From Candidatus Bathyarchaeia archaeon (lineage in GTDB: Archaea > Thermoproteota > Bathyarchaeia > Bathyarchaeales > Bathycorpusculaceae): a stretch of DNA of 64,000 bases. Where the stretch lies: positions 29,444 to 93,443 of the forward strand of contig JAVZLK010000006.1 in the NCBI GenBank assembly GCA_038883795.1, read 5' to 3'. The notes beneath the pieces were generated by a model that had not been told where the DNA came from, made no database searches, and saw only the letters and a program-made list of their open reading frames with translations. Shown here piece after piece: positions 30,404 to 38,088 of this stretch. Position 1 is the stretch's first letter. Every line of letters begins with the position of its first letter. The translations under genes and the position numbers were made by a program.

Positions 30404-31675
30404 ATGGTGTTTATGGGTGCCTTTTTGGTACGGTTGAGGGGATTTCAAAAACTAACAACCATAGAAGAAGCATTAAAACTATTTTTTGACAATTTAAAAA
30501 TTGAAAATTTGAAGACCGTTGTTGTTCCTTTGCATGAAGCGTTGAACCGTGTTCTCGCAGAGGATGTAATAGCCAGAGAAGATTTGCCAAGGTTTGACCG
30601 TTCCGCCGTTGACGGATACGCTGTTAGGGCTGAAGATACTATTGAAGCCTCACAGTTTAAGCCAAAAACCCTCCACATAACCAATAAAGACGAGATAGGT
30701 AATAGAGAAGCAAAACAAGTTTGGACTGGAACCCCGATTCCAAAAGGCGCAAACGCTGTTGTCATGTTGGAAAACACTAAAAAAGTTGACATGGAAATTG
30801 AAGTTTGGACTTCAGTAACGCCGGGCGAAAACATCTCCAAAAAAGGCGAGGATATCTCAAAAGGCGAAGTGGCATTAAAAGCTGGAACCCGCTTGAAACC
30901 TCATCATCTAGGTTTGCTGGCTGCCTTAGGAAACGCCAAAGTTAAGGTTTTTGAAAAACCAAAAATCGCCATTTTAGCCACAGGAAACGAGCTCGTGGAA
31001 GTAGGCAAAAAACCAAAGGAAGACCAAATTTTTGAGGTTAATAGGCTTGCTCTCTCAAACCTATGCCGTGAATTGGGCGCCGAACCCATTGACTTAGGAA
31101 TTGCCAAAGACGACGTGAATGAAATTTTTGAGAAATTAAGAGGGGGACTAGAAAAGGCTGACGCTGTGATAACAACTGGCGGCACAAGCGTTGGAGCCAC
31201 AGACCTTGTTCCAGAGGCGGTTAACAAAATTGGAAAGCCTGGCGTTATTGTGCATGGAGTGGCTATGCGTCCAGCCATGCCCACAGCCCTTGCCATAGCA
31301 GATGGAAAGCCAATAATCATTCTTTCCGGTAATCCCGTTGCGGCAATGATTGGATTCGAAGTTTTTGTGAAGCCGTTAATATGTAAGATGCTTGGACTAA
31401 AGCGGGAAGAGCGCAGACCATTAGTGAAGGCGAGAATGACTAGGCGAATCAGCACATTTTTAGGAAGAAAAACCTTTGTCCGTGTCCATGTTTTCCAGCG
31501 CCAAGGCGAACTTTTCGCAGAGCCCATAAGTGCCCGTGGTTCAGGAATAATTTCAACCATGACAAGGGCTAATGGGTATGTGGTGGTTCCAGAAAATAGG
31601 GAGGGCTTAGAAGAAGGCGAAACCGTTTCAGTAAACTTATTTGATTACGTGGACTTGGTGGATGATAATGTTTAG
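30404..31675 (+). CDS. moeA: Molybdopterin molybdotransferase MoeA (copy 1)
   Basis: RSAVDGYAV, TG.PIP.GA.AV, TGNEL, TGGTSVG, SGNP. Confidence 0.93.
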   Translation: MVFMGAFLVRLRGFQKLTTIEEALKLFFDNLKIENLKTVVVPLHEALNRVLAEDVIAREDLPRFDRSAVDGYAVRAEDTIEASQFKPKTLHITNKDEIGNREAKQVWTGTPIPKGANAVVMLENTKKVDMEIEVWTSVTPGENISKKGEDISKGEVALKAGTRLKPHHLGLLAALGNAKVKVFEKPKIAILATGNELVEVGKKPKEDQIFEVNRLALSNLCRELGAEPIDLGIAKDDVNEIFEKLRGGLEKADAVITTGGTSVGATDLVPEAVNKIGKPGVIVHGVAMRPAMPTALAIADGKPIIILSGNPVAAMIGFEVFVKPLICKMLGLKREERRPLVKARMTRRISTFLGRKTFVRVHVFQRQGELFAEPISARGSGIISTMTRANGYVVVPENREGLEEGETVSVNLFDYVDLVDDNV

Positions 31676-32903
31676 AAAACTCTTAACATTAGAAGAGGCA
31701 AAAAAGGTCATTCAAGAATATTTTAAACCAAAGCCTTTAGGCGTGGAGGAAATCCCGCTTTTAGAGGCTTGGAACAGGGTTCTCGCAGAAGACATAACAG
31801 CCCCAATGGATATTCCGCCTTTCAACCGCTCAACAGTTGACGGATACGCCGTAAAAGCAGAGGACACCTTCGGCGCAGAGGAAAACAAGCCAGTGAAACT
31901 GAAAGTTTGTGGAACGGTGAATGTTGGAGAACTCCCCAAAATAATGGTCAAAAAAGGCACAGCCGCAGAAATCGCAACAGGCGCCCCCATACCAAAAGGC
32001 GCAGACGCCGTTTTAATGTTTGAACAAACAGAGCGCAAGGGCGATGAAATTTACGTTTACAATGCGGTAGCAAAAAACGAGAATGTCATGAAAGCCGGAG
32101 CAGACATAAGAAAAGACGAAACCGTCTTAAAGGCTGGGCAGCGGCTGGGTTCACGTCAAATAGGAGTTTTAGCTTCAATAGGAATGAATAAAGTTAAAGT
32201 TCACGCTATCCCAAAGGTGGCAGTTCTCTCTACAGGTAATGAAGTAACTGAACCAGGCGAAAAGCTTCCTCCAGGAAAAATTTATGATATAAACGCCTAC
32301 AGCCTAAGCGCAGCCGTGATGGAAAGCGGCGGAAAACCGGTCTATTTTGGCGTTTTACCAGACGACATGACTGTGTTACGGAAGACTTTAGAAAGGGCGT
32401 TGACATCGGCAGACATGGTTATAACTTCTGGCGGGGTCTCCATAGGACCCAAGGATGTAGTGCCGCAAACATTAAATTCCATTGGAAAGCCCGGCGTCAT
32501 CGTCTGTGGGATGGCAACAAAACCGGGAAAACCCACCACAGTGGCGCTTGTTGATGAAAAAATTGTTTTCGCCCTTCCGGGACATCCAACCTCTGCTCTG
32601 CTAATTTTCCACTTGATTGTAAGTCCAATAATCCAACGGATGGCTGGAAGAAAAATAAGAAAGCCATTGAAGGTTAGGGCTTTTGCTGCTATGAGGATGT
32701 TTCCAGCAAAGGGGAGACGAACATTCATAATGGTAAAGTTAAGGCGTGACGAATCAAATAGGCTTGTGGCTGAACCAGTTCCAACGGGGCTTTCTGGGGC
32801 TATTACAACGCTTGCAAAGGCTGATGGTTTTGTGGAGATAAACGAAAAACAGCAATTTATTGACGCTGGAGAGGAAGTGTTAGTGCAATTGTTAAAGCGT
32901 TAG
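31668..32903 (+). CDS. moeA: Molybdopterin molybdotransferase MoeA (copy 2)
   Basis: RSTVDGYAV, ATGAPIP, STGNEV, SGGVS.G, KPGKP, LPGHP. Confidence 0.93.
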   Translation: MFRKLLTLEEAKKVIQEYFKPKPLGVEEIPLLEAWNRVLAEDITAPMDIPPFNRSTVDGYAVKAEDTFGAEENKPVKLKVCGTVNVGELPKIMVKKGTAAEIATGAPIPKGADAVLMFEQTERKGDEIYVYNAVAKNENVMKAGADIRKDETVLKAGQRLGSRQIGVLASIGMNKVKVHAIPKVAVLSTGNEVTEPGEKLPPGKIYDINAYSLSAAVMESGGKPVYFGVLPDDMTVLRKTLERALTSADMVITSGGVSIGPKDVVPQTLNSIGKPGVIVCGMATKPGKPTTVALVDEKIVFALPGHPTSALLIFHLIVSPIIQRMAGRKIRKPLKVRAFAAMRMFPAKGRRTFIMVKLRRDESNRLVAEPVPTGLSGAITTLAKADGFVEINEKQQFIDAGEEVLVQLLKR

Positions 32904-33262
32904 CCTTCGAAAACCTTCCTCTTCGCCGTAACATACGCTGTGGAAATCCATGTTAAAGCTAAATAGGCAAACATACCTATGTCGAGGGCTAGATCTTTTC
33001 CAAAATAATAATAGAGCATAAACGCTGAAAATGTTGTAGCTATAAAAAGTAACATGACAACAAGCCAAACCGCCCAAACTCTTTTTTTAAATAGTCCGTA
33101 GGCAGTTATTAAGTTTAAAACTCCCATTATGCCAATGTGCGGAGGGAAATTAGCTATAGGAAAAACAACAAAACATATTACTCCAACAACAGCGTAAAAG
33201 GCTAAGACTAAAAAAATTCCAACACTTTCCATTTTAAGTTTAGACTTAATTGACATTGACAA
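32900..33262 (-). CDS. Hypothetical 4-TM membrane protein
   Basis: Four hydrophobic segments, AYGL...W motif. Confidence 0.7.
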   Translation of the reverse strand: MSMSIKSKLKMESVGIFLVLAFYAVVGVICFVVFPIANFPPHIGIMGVLNLITAYGLFKKRVWAVWLVVMLLFIATTFSAFMLYYYFGKDLALDIGMFAYLALTWISTAYVTAKRKVFEG

Positions 33263-33312
33263 CCGCCTTTAAACCTAAATGGATTGGCAGCATCATTAAT
33301 AAATTTAATGTT

Positions 33313-33792
33313 TTAAAGTCTTTTTATCATTCCATACTGATACGCTTTGAAACCCAGTTTCTCGTATAGTTTTATGGCTGTTTCATTTTGTGCAAGCACT
33401 ATAAGCCTAACAGCAGTTACCTTATGAAATTTCATTATTTTTAGACATTCCATCACAAGTTTTTTACCTATGCCCTTTCCACGAAACTCTGGAAGAACAT
33501 AAACATCATTTATTATGCCAACAGATTCAGCCACATCTAATGGATAGTCTTTGGGGATGCTGGCGAGAGCAAATCCTACGAGTCTTTTATTAGCTTTGGC
33601 AACTAAAAGGAAATTTCTTTTGCTAGCTAAACCTTCATGGACAAACTTAACCCATCTTTCGCTATTAGCTTCAGAAAGTAAAATAAAATGTTCAATTTCA
33701 AACATTTCACGGGCTAAACTAAGCCATAATTCCTTCAAGGAATCATCAACCTCTTCGGGTTGACACTCGCAAATTTCAACGTCATCTTTCAT
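33313..33792 (-). CDS. GNAT-family N-acetyltransferase
   Basis: VYVLPEFRGKGIG (motif A), N..AIKLYEKLGF. Confidence 0.92.
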   Translation of the reverse strand: MKDDVEICECQPEEVDDSLKELWLSLAREMFEIEHFILLSEANSERWVKFVHEGLASKRNFLLVAKANKRLVGFALASIPKDYPLDVAESVGIINDVYVLPEFRGKGIGKKLVMECLKIMKFHKVTAVRLIVLAQNETAIKLYEKLGFKAYQYGMIKRL

Positions 33793-33864
33793 AATCTTAC
33801 CACAAAAGGAAACAATATACGAACATAAAAACAAATTTATTTGCACATTGCCAAAGAAAAGGTT

Positions 33865-34068
33865 ATGCCATTCACATCATTCTATTTTGGTCCAGCACTT
33901 CTTTTTGGCTTAGCCTTATCCGGCAATTTTTAATTTGCCAACCCTTCTTGTGGCAAGCGTAATACCAGACCTAGAACCATTTATGTTATGTATTTTCATG
34001 TGTCAGTTTTAGGCATAATTCTATATCTGCATAAAACCGTGAAAGTAAAGCTTAAGGAAGAAAAGTAA
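33865..34068 (+). pseudogene. Remnant of a membrane-bound metal-dependent hydrolase-like gene
   Basis: MPFTSFYFGPALLFGL, then a frame change to NLPTLLVASVIPDLEPF, then stops; most of the body is missing. Confidence 0.6.
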
Positions 34069-34160
34069 ATGAGTCATCGTGAACTTTTGTTTTGTTTCAT
34101 GATTCAAAGCACTTAAAGCTTAAGTTTAACTTTTGTCTATTACTATCTTCTGGGGTTTTG

Positions 34161-34499
34161 GTGGAAGAGCAAGCAATTCTATTTGTGAAATCAGAAAAGA
34201 TTGAACAAGTGGAGTGGAGTATGCCCCACCATGACCACTGGTGCAGTGCTGGTTACAGAGCCTCCAAAACAGATTTTGTTCTCGCTGAAGAAGATAGAAG
34301 GGCTGTTGAAGCCTTAGAAAAATCTGGATTAAATTATAAGGTTATAGATCTCACTTTGGCAAGCGCCACAATGCGGCTTAAGGCAAAGTTAGAGGGAATT
34401 AATGCGACGCCAACCTTAATTTATAAAGGACAAAAAATCAAGGGTTTACAGCAAATTCTTGAAACACTTACAACAACATTGAAACTGCAACAAAAGTAA
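34161..34499 (+). CDS. Hypothetical glutaredoxin-like protein lacking CxxC
   Basis: C-terminal Y.VIDL...GINATPTLIYKG.KI.G resembles the thioredoxin-fold cis-Pro region; HHDHWC insert. Confidence 0.6.
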   Translation: MEEQAILFVKSEKIEQVEWSMPHHDHWCSAGYRASKTDFVLAEEDRRAVEALEKSGLNYKVIDLTLASATMRLKAKLEGINATPTLIYKGQKIKGLQQILETLTTTLKLQQK

Positions 34500-34564
34500 C
34501 TCCTTTTTATTCCAAGCGAAAATGTTTAGAACTTCTTAAGAAGAAAATAAGGCTCATAAAATGG

Positions 34565-35476
34565 ATGCGTGCCAAAATGAGTTATCGCGAACTCTTTGTT
34601 TCCCAATCAAACGTTTTCGGTGGTTTCCAAAAACCCTTTAAAAAGGCAGACTACATAGTTTTGGGCGTTCCTTTTGACGTTACAAGCACGTATAGAACTG
34701 GGGCAAGGTTTGCCCCAAACGCCATTAGGCAGGCGTCGCTTAACATTGAAACTTACAGTTTCCGCACGGGTTTGGATGTGGAAGATTTAAAATTACATGA
34801 TTTGGGAGATTTGCACATATCAACTGACACCCAAAAAACTTTGGAAAGGCTTGCCGCCGTCATAAAAGACATCATAGAGGCTCGAAAAACTCCAGTAACC
34901 ATGGGCGGAGAACACACAATCACTCTGGGTATTATGAAAGGCTTAGGAAAAAAGGCTTTGAAAACCGCATTGGTGAGTTTTGATGCGCATTTGGATTTGC
35001 GAGATGAGTTTATGGGTTTAAAGCTTTCCCACACAACTTTTATGCGAAGAATAAATGAAGAAGTTAAGCCAGCCACCCTAATCGAGGTTGGCACGAGAGC
35101 TGTCTGCAAAGAAGAACTTGCCTACGCAAAAAAGGCTGGAATAGAATTTTTCACAACACACCAAATCAGAAAAGAAGGATGCGAGACAATAGTGAAAGAA
35201 TTGGAGCAAAAAATGGCAGATTATGAAAGTATTTACTTGTCGGTGGATATGGATGTACTTGACCCAGCCTATGCACCAGCAGTCCAAAACCCAGAACCGG
35301 ACGGGTTAGAAATGCATACATTGCTTGACATTTTATGCAGCATATGCAGCAAACACATTGTGGGATTTGACTTGGTTGAAGTTGCGCCAAATTATGACCA
35401 AGGCGTTTCAGCAATTCAGGCAGCTAAAGTCATATTTGAAGTGCTTTGCAAAATGGAGAAAACAAGAAAGAGTTAA
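34565..35476 (+). CDS. speB: Agmatinase
   Basis: GVPFD.T, GARFAP, GGEH, DAHLD, SH, DMDVLDP, VEVAP. Confidence 0.92.
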   Translation: MRAKMSYRELFVSQSNVFGGFQKPFKKADYIVLGVPFDVTSTYRTGARFAPNAIRQASLNIETYSFRTGLDVEDLKLHDLGDLHISTDTQKTLERLAAVIKDIIEARKTPVTMGGEHTITLGIMKGLGKKALKTALVSFDAHLDLRDEFMGLKLSHTTFMRRINEEVKPATLIEVGTRAVCKEELAYAKKAGIEFFTTHQIRKEGCETIVKELEQKMADYESIYLSVDMDVLDPAYAPAVQNPEPDGLEMHTLLDILCSICSKHIVGFDLVEVAPNYDQGVSAIQAAKVIFEVLCKMEKTRKS

Positions 35477-35485
35477 GTTAAAACC

Positions 35486-35923
35486 TTATGGGTATTCTTT
35501 AATATGCATAATTTTGAAGTGGTGTTTTGCATTTTCGTATAATTTTTTGTCTGCGGTTATGAGACTGGTTTTAGTTTTATTAGTGAGGAGAAGATATGAA
35601 GCATCATAAACTGTTAGGTTTAGCTTGCATGCTATGTCCAGTTCATGGCTTGCCTGAGCCCAGTTTGTTTCGTGAAGTTCTATTTTCATATCGCCTAATG
35701 CTTCCAATGCCATCTTAGCATCTTTTTCAGAAATTCTCTCAAGTTTTATTGCCCTCCAAAGGGCGTTAGCAACCTCCTCAACAACAAAGTTGGGCGCACA
35801 CAGTTCCACAACCCCAGCTACAAAGTCTTCCTTTAGCTTAACAGCACCCTCTTGGTAAGGTTCTCCAGGTAAAACCCATTTTGCAATGACACTGGCGTCA
35901 ACAACGTATCGGGGCGTTTTTAT
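35486..35923 (-). CDS. vapC: VapC PIN-domain toxin (N-terminus extends to ATA at 35923)
   Basis: In-frame extension IKTPRYVVDASVIAKW upstream of the track ORF; E.ANALW, YDASY, LITAD..L PIN motifs. Confidence 0.88.
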   Translation of the reverse strand: MKTPRYVVDASVIAKWVLPGEPYQEGAVKLKEDFVAGVVELCAPNFVVEEVANALWRAIKLERISEKDAKMALEALGDMKIELHETNWAQASHELDIACKLNLTVYDASYLLLTNKTKTSLITADKKLYENAKHHFKIMHIKEYP

Positions 35924-36147
35924 CTCTCCCTTTTTTCTCTAATCCACGCAACTAACTCATCTGTTGCAACGGTTTTGCTTCTCGCCCTTATTTCATCAAG
36001 CGTGGCAGAGGCTTCCTTCACTCTTTGCTCCTCTAACTTTTTCTGAATGGCGTTTCGGATATACTCGCTCCAGTTTACACTAACCTTTTTCATTTTTCTC
36101 TTCAATTCTTCAGGAACTTTTACCGTAATAACGCTTGTTTTGCTCAT
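35920..36147 (-). CDS. vapB: VapB-type ribbon-helix-helix antitoxin
   Basis: VITVKVPEELK..M...NWSEYIR.AI; stop overlaps vapC start. Confidence 0.88.
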   Translation of the reverse strand: MSKTSVITVKVPEELKRKMKKVSVNWSEYIRNAIQKKLEEQRVKEASATLDEIRARSKTVATDELVAWIREKRER

Positions 36148-36153
36148 ATTTAC

Positions 36154-36191
36154 CTTGTGTATATACGCAAGTAATGCTTATAAGTATTACT
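36154..36191. promoter_or_regulatory. Two adjacent near-perfect palindromes over the vapBC promoter
   Basis: CTTGTGTATATACGCAAG (36154-36171) and AGTAATGCTTATAAGTATTACT (36170-36191, centred on TTATAA). Confidence 0.65.
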
Positions 36192-36225
36192 AAACATGTA
36201 GAAAAAGATAGCCAAAAGGTGAGGT

Positions 36226-36519
36226 TCATTCTTCAACTCTTCTGATTTCAACAATTACTTTATAGTTGTCTGGGCAACCAGCAGTAAACTTGTTCTTGTC
36301 TTTTTCCCATGGAAAGGAGCCTCCAAACTGCAAAGTAACTAAATAGGGAAATAGGACATCGTAAAGAAAGCCGCAAACTTTTGGTGTCCTGTGAATTTTA
36401 TCCCTCTCTTCTGAGAACAATGTGAAATCAAATTCCTCGCCAACATGATGCCCAGCAACACATTCGCCTTGAACCTTAACAACCTTTCCAATTAATTTGC
36501 AGCTTTTCAAGCCAACCAC
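36226..36519 (-). CDS. TIGR04076-family protein
   Basis: G.C.AGH.VG.EF, C, P....L.FGG.FPW, CPD. Confidence 0.8.
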   Translation of the reverse strand: MVGLKSCKLIGKVVKVQGECVAGHHVGEEFDFTLFSEERDKIHRTPKVCGFLYDVLFPYLVTLQFGGSFPWEKDKNKFTAGCPDNYKVIVEIRRVEE

Positions 36520-36533
36520 CTCTTACATCCCAT

Positions 36534-37910
36534 TTAGGTTGCGCTCCTTAACAGTTTTGCGATAAAGAAGCCGTTACACTCGTGAATATGCGGATAAAGC
36601 CTTTGGCATTTTTCCATTCCCCTTAAGCCTGGTAACCCAATGTTCGGCGTTATTTCAGCAAGCGAAAATTCTGGATGCCACTTTAGGAATTTTTCAATAA
36701 GCATCTCGTTTTCTTCGGTTGTTATGCTACATGTAGAATAGATTAGTGTGCCGTCTGGTTTTACTTTTTCAGCGCAGTTGGTTAGCATTTGCCATTGAAT
36801 TTCAGCCATTTTTTCAATTGAACGTTTTGTAAGCCTCCACTTGGCGGATGGCAATTTTCCAAAGGCGCCCGTGCTTGTGCATGGCGGATCCAAAACCACC
36901 ACATCCGCCTCTATCGAAAAGGGTAAGGGATTGCAAGCGTCAGCCATAATTGGCACAGCGATTTTAACAGCCATGCGGGCTACTTCATTTTTCCAAATAG
37001 CCAGCCTACGCCTAGAATAATCTACGGAATAAATTAAGCCACGGTTCTGCATTAGCTGAGCCAAATAGGTGGTTTTGGCTCCGGGCGCAGCACAAATATC
37101 GAAAACTGTCATTCCAGGTTTTGGGTTTGAGGCTTCGGCTGCGAAACAACTTGCTTTGTCTTGGATGTAAAATAAACCTTCTTTGAAGCTTACCGTGCGG
37201 GTTAGAGGTTGTTTTGTGTTTAAAACCTTGTATGTGTGCTTTAGTTCTTTAACTTTTTCAACTTTGACGCCTTCTTTTGCGAGTTCTTCGAAAATTTCGT
37301 TTTCAGCCATCTTCAAGGTGTTAAATCTTATGTAAGTTGGCGGGGGTTGCATGTTTGCCTCTAAAATTTTTATGGCTTCCATTCTTCCGAAAAGTTTGAA
37401 ACAGTATTTTACGAACCATGTTGGATGGAAAGTTAAAAATCCAATTCGCTCTTCATCGCTTAAACCTTCAAAAACCGATGTTGGCTTCTGGGTTAACAAA
37501 AAGCCCAAATACTGTTCCACTTTTCGCAGAGCCTTCCATCCGAGAATGGCGCGGGCGAGACTCGCAATGTTTTCTGCTTCCTTAACATCAATTTTTGACC
37601 AGTTTTTGGCTATGCGGGTTTGGTAAACATAAAGCCTCAAAAAAGCTTGAACGCCCAAGTCGAATTCGCTTATGCTTTTCGGCTTCAAAACATTGTTTAT
37701 GAAAGCGTCTATAAAGTTTCGACGTCTAACGGTTTCGCAAACAAGCATGTGCGCAAGTCTAACAGCATCAGCATCACTAATACCTAACTGCTTAACCGTT
37801 TTCGTTAAGGCTAGACGCTCGCTTAACTTTTGCATTTCCATCCAGCTTAGGCTTTCAATGGCAAGCGTCCAAGCTTCCTTAAGCAATTCTATCCACAAAT
37901 CCATAAACAA
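36534..37910 (-). CDS. RsmB/NOP2 RNA m5C methyltransferase with NusB-like N-terminus
   Basis: YIQDKAS, DICAAPGAKT, LDPPCTSTG, YSTCSI..EENE, GFFIAKL. Confidence 0.93.
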   Translation of the reverse strand: MFMDLWIELLKEAWTLAIESLSWMEMQKLSERLALTKTVKQLGISDADAVRLAHMLVCETVRRRNFIDAFINNVLKPKSISEFDLGVQAFLRLYVYQTRIAKNWSKIDVKEAENIASLARAILGWKALRKVEQYLGFLLTQKPTSVFEGLSDEERIGFLTFHPTWFVKYCFKLFGRMEAIKILEANMQPPPTYIRFNTLKMAENEIFEELAKEGVKVEKVKELKHTYKVLNTKQPLTRTVSFKEGLFYIQDKASCFAAEASNPKPGMTVFDICAAPGAKTTYLAQLMQNRGLIYSVDYSRRRLAIWKNEVARMAVKIAVPIMADACNPLPFSIEADVVVLDPPCTSTGAFGKLPSAKWRLTKRSIEKMAEIQWQMLTNCAEKVKPDGTLIYSTCSITTEENEMLIEKFLKWHPEFSLAEITPNIGLPGLRGMEKCQRLYPHIHECNGFFIAKLLRSAT

Positions 37911-38088
37911 ATGCGTGAGATGTAAATAAAATTAGAGGCGCAGTTCGCCAAAAACTAGAGAGGGTAGGTCCGTATTGGCTGTTTCTAAAGCCAAAAAACA
38001 TGGAAAAGATTTTGATAAATTAAGCATTAGAGGATTAGTAAGAGATTTTAGGTTATACTGCTCATAAAGTAGTTGGGTTAAGGGCTTA

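Noticed and set aside
30540-31860. Short DNA repeats GTTCTCGCAGA and GTTGACGGATACGC
   Set aside because: Explained by conserved motifs in the paralogous moeA genes.
34565-35476. Ureohydrolase as formiminoglutamase (HutG)
   Set aside because: Motifs fit archaeal agmatinase. It is unlinked to the hut genes, and FTCD already covers that step.
37937-37958. GGCG-CAGTT-CGCC-AAAAACTAG resembling a preQ1-I tail or fluoride riboswitch start
   Set aside because: The stem is only 4 bp and the loop too short. The GAUG/UGAUG elements are missing, and the flanking genes (polB1, RsmB) do not fit.
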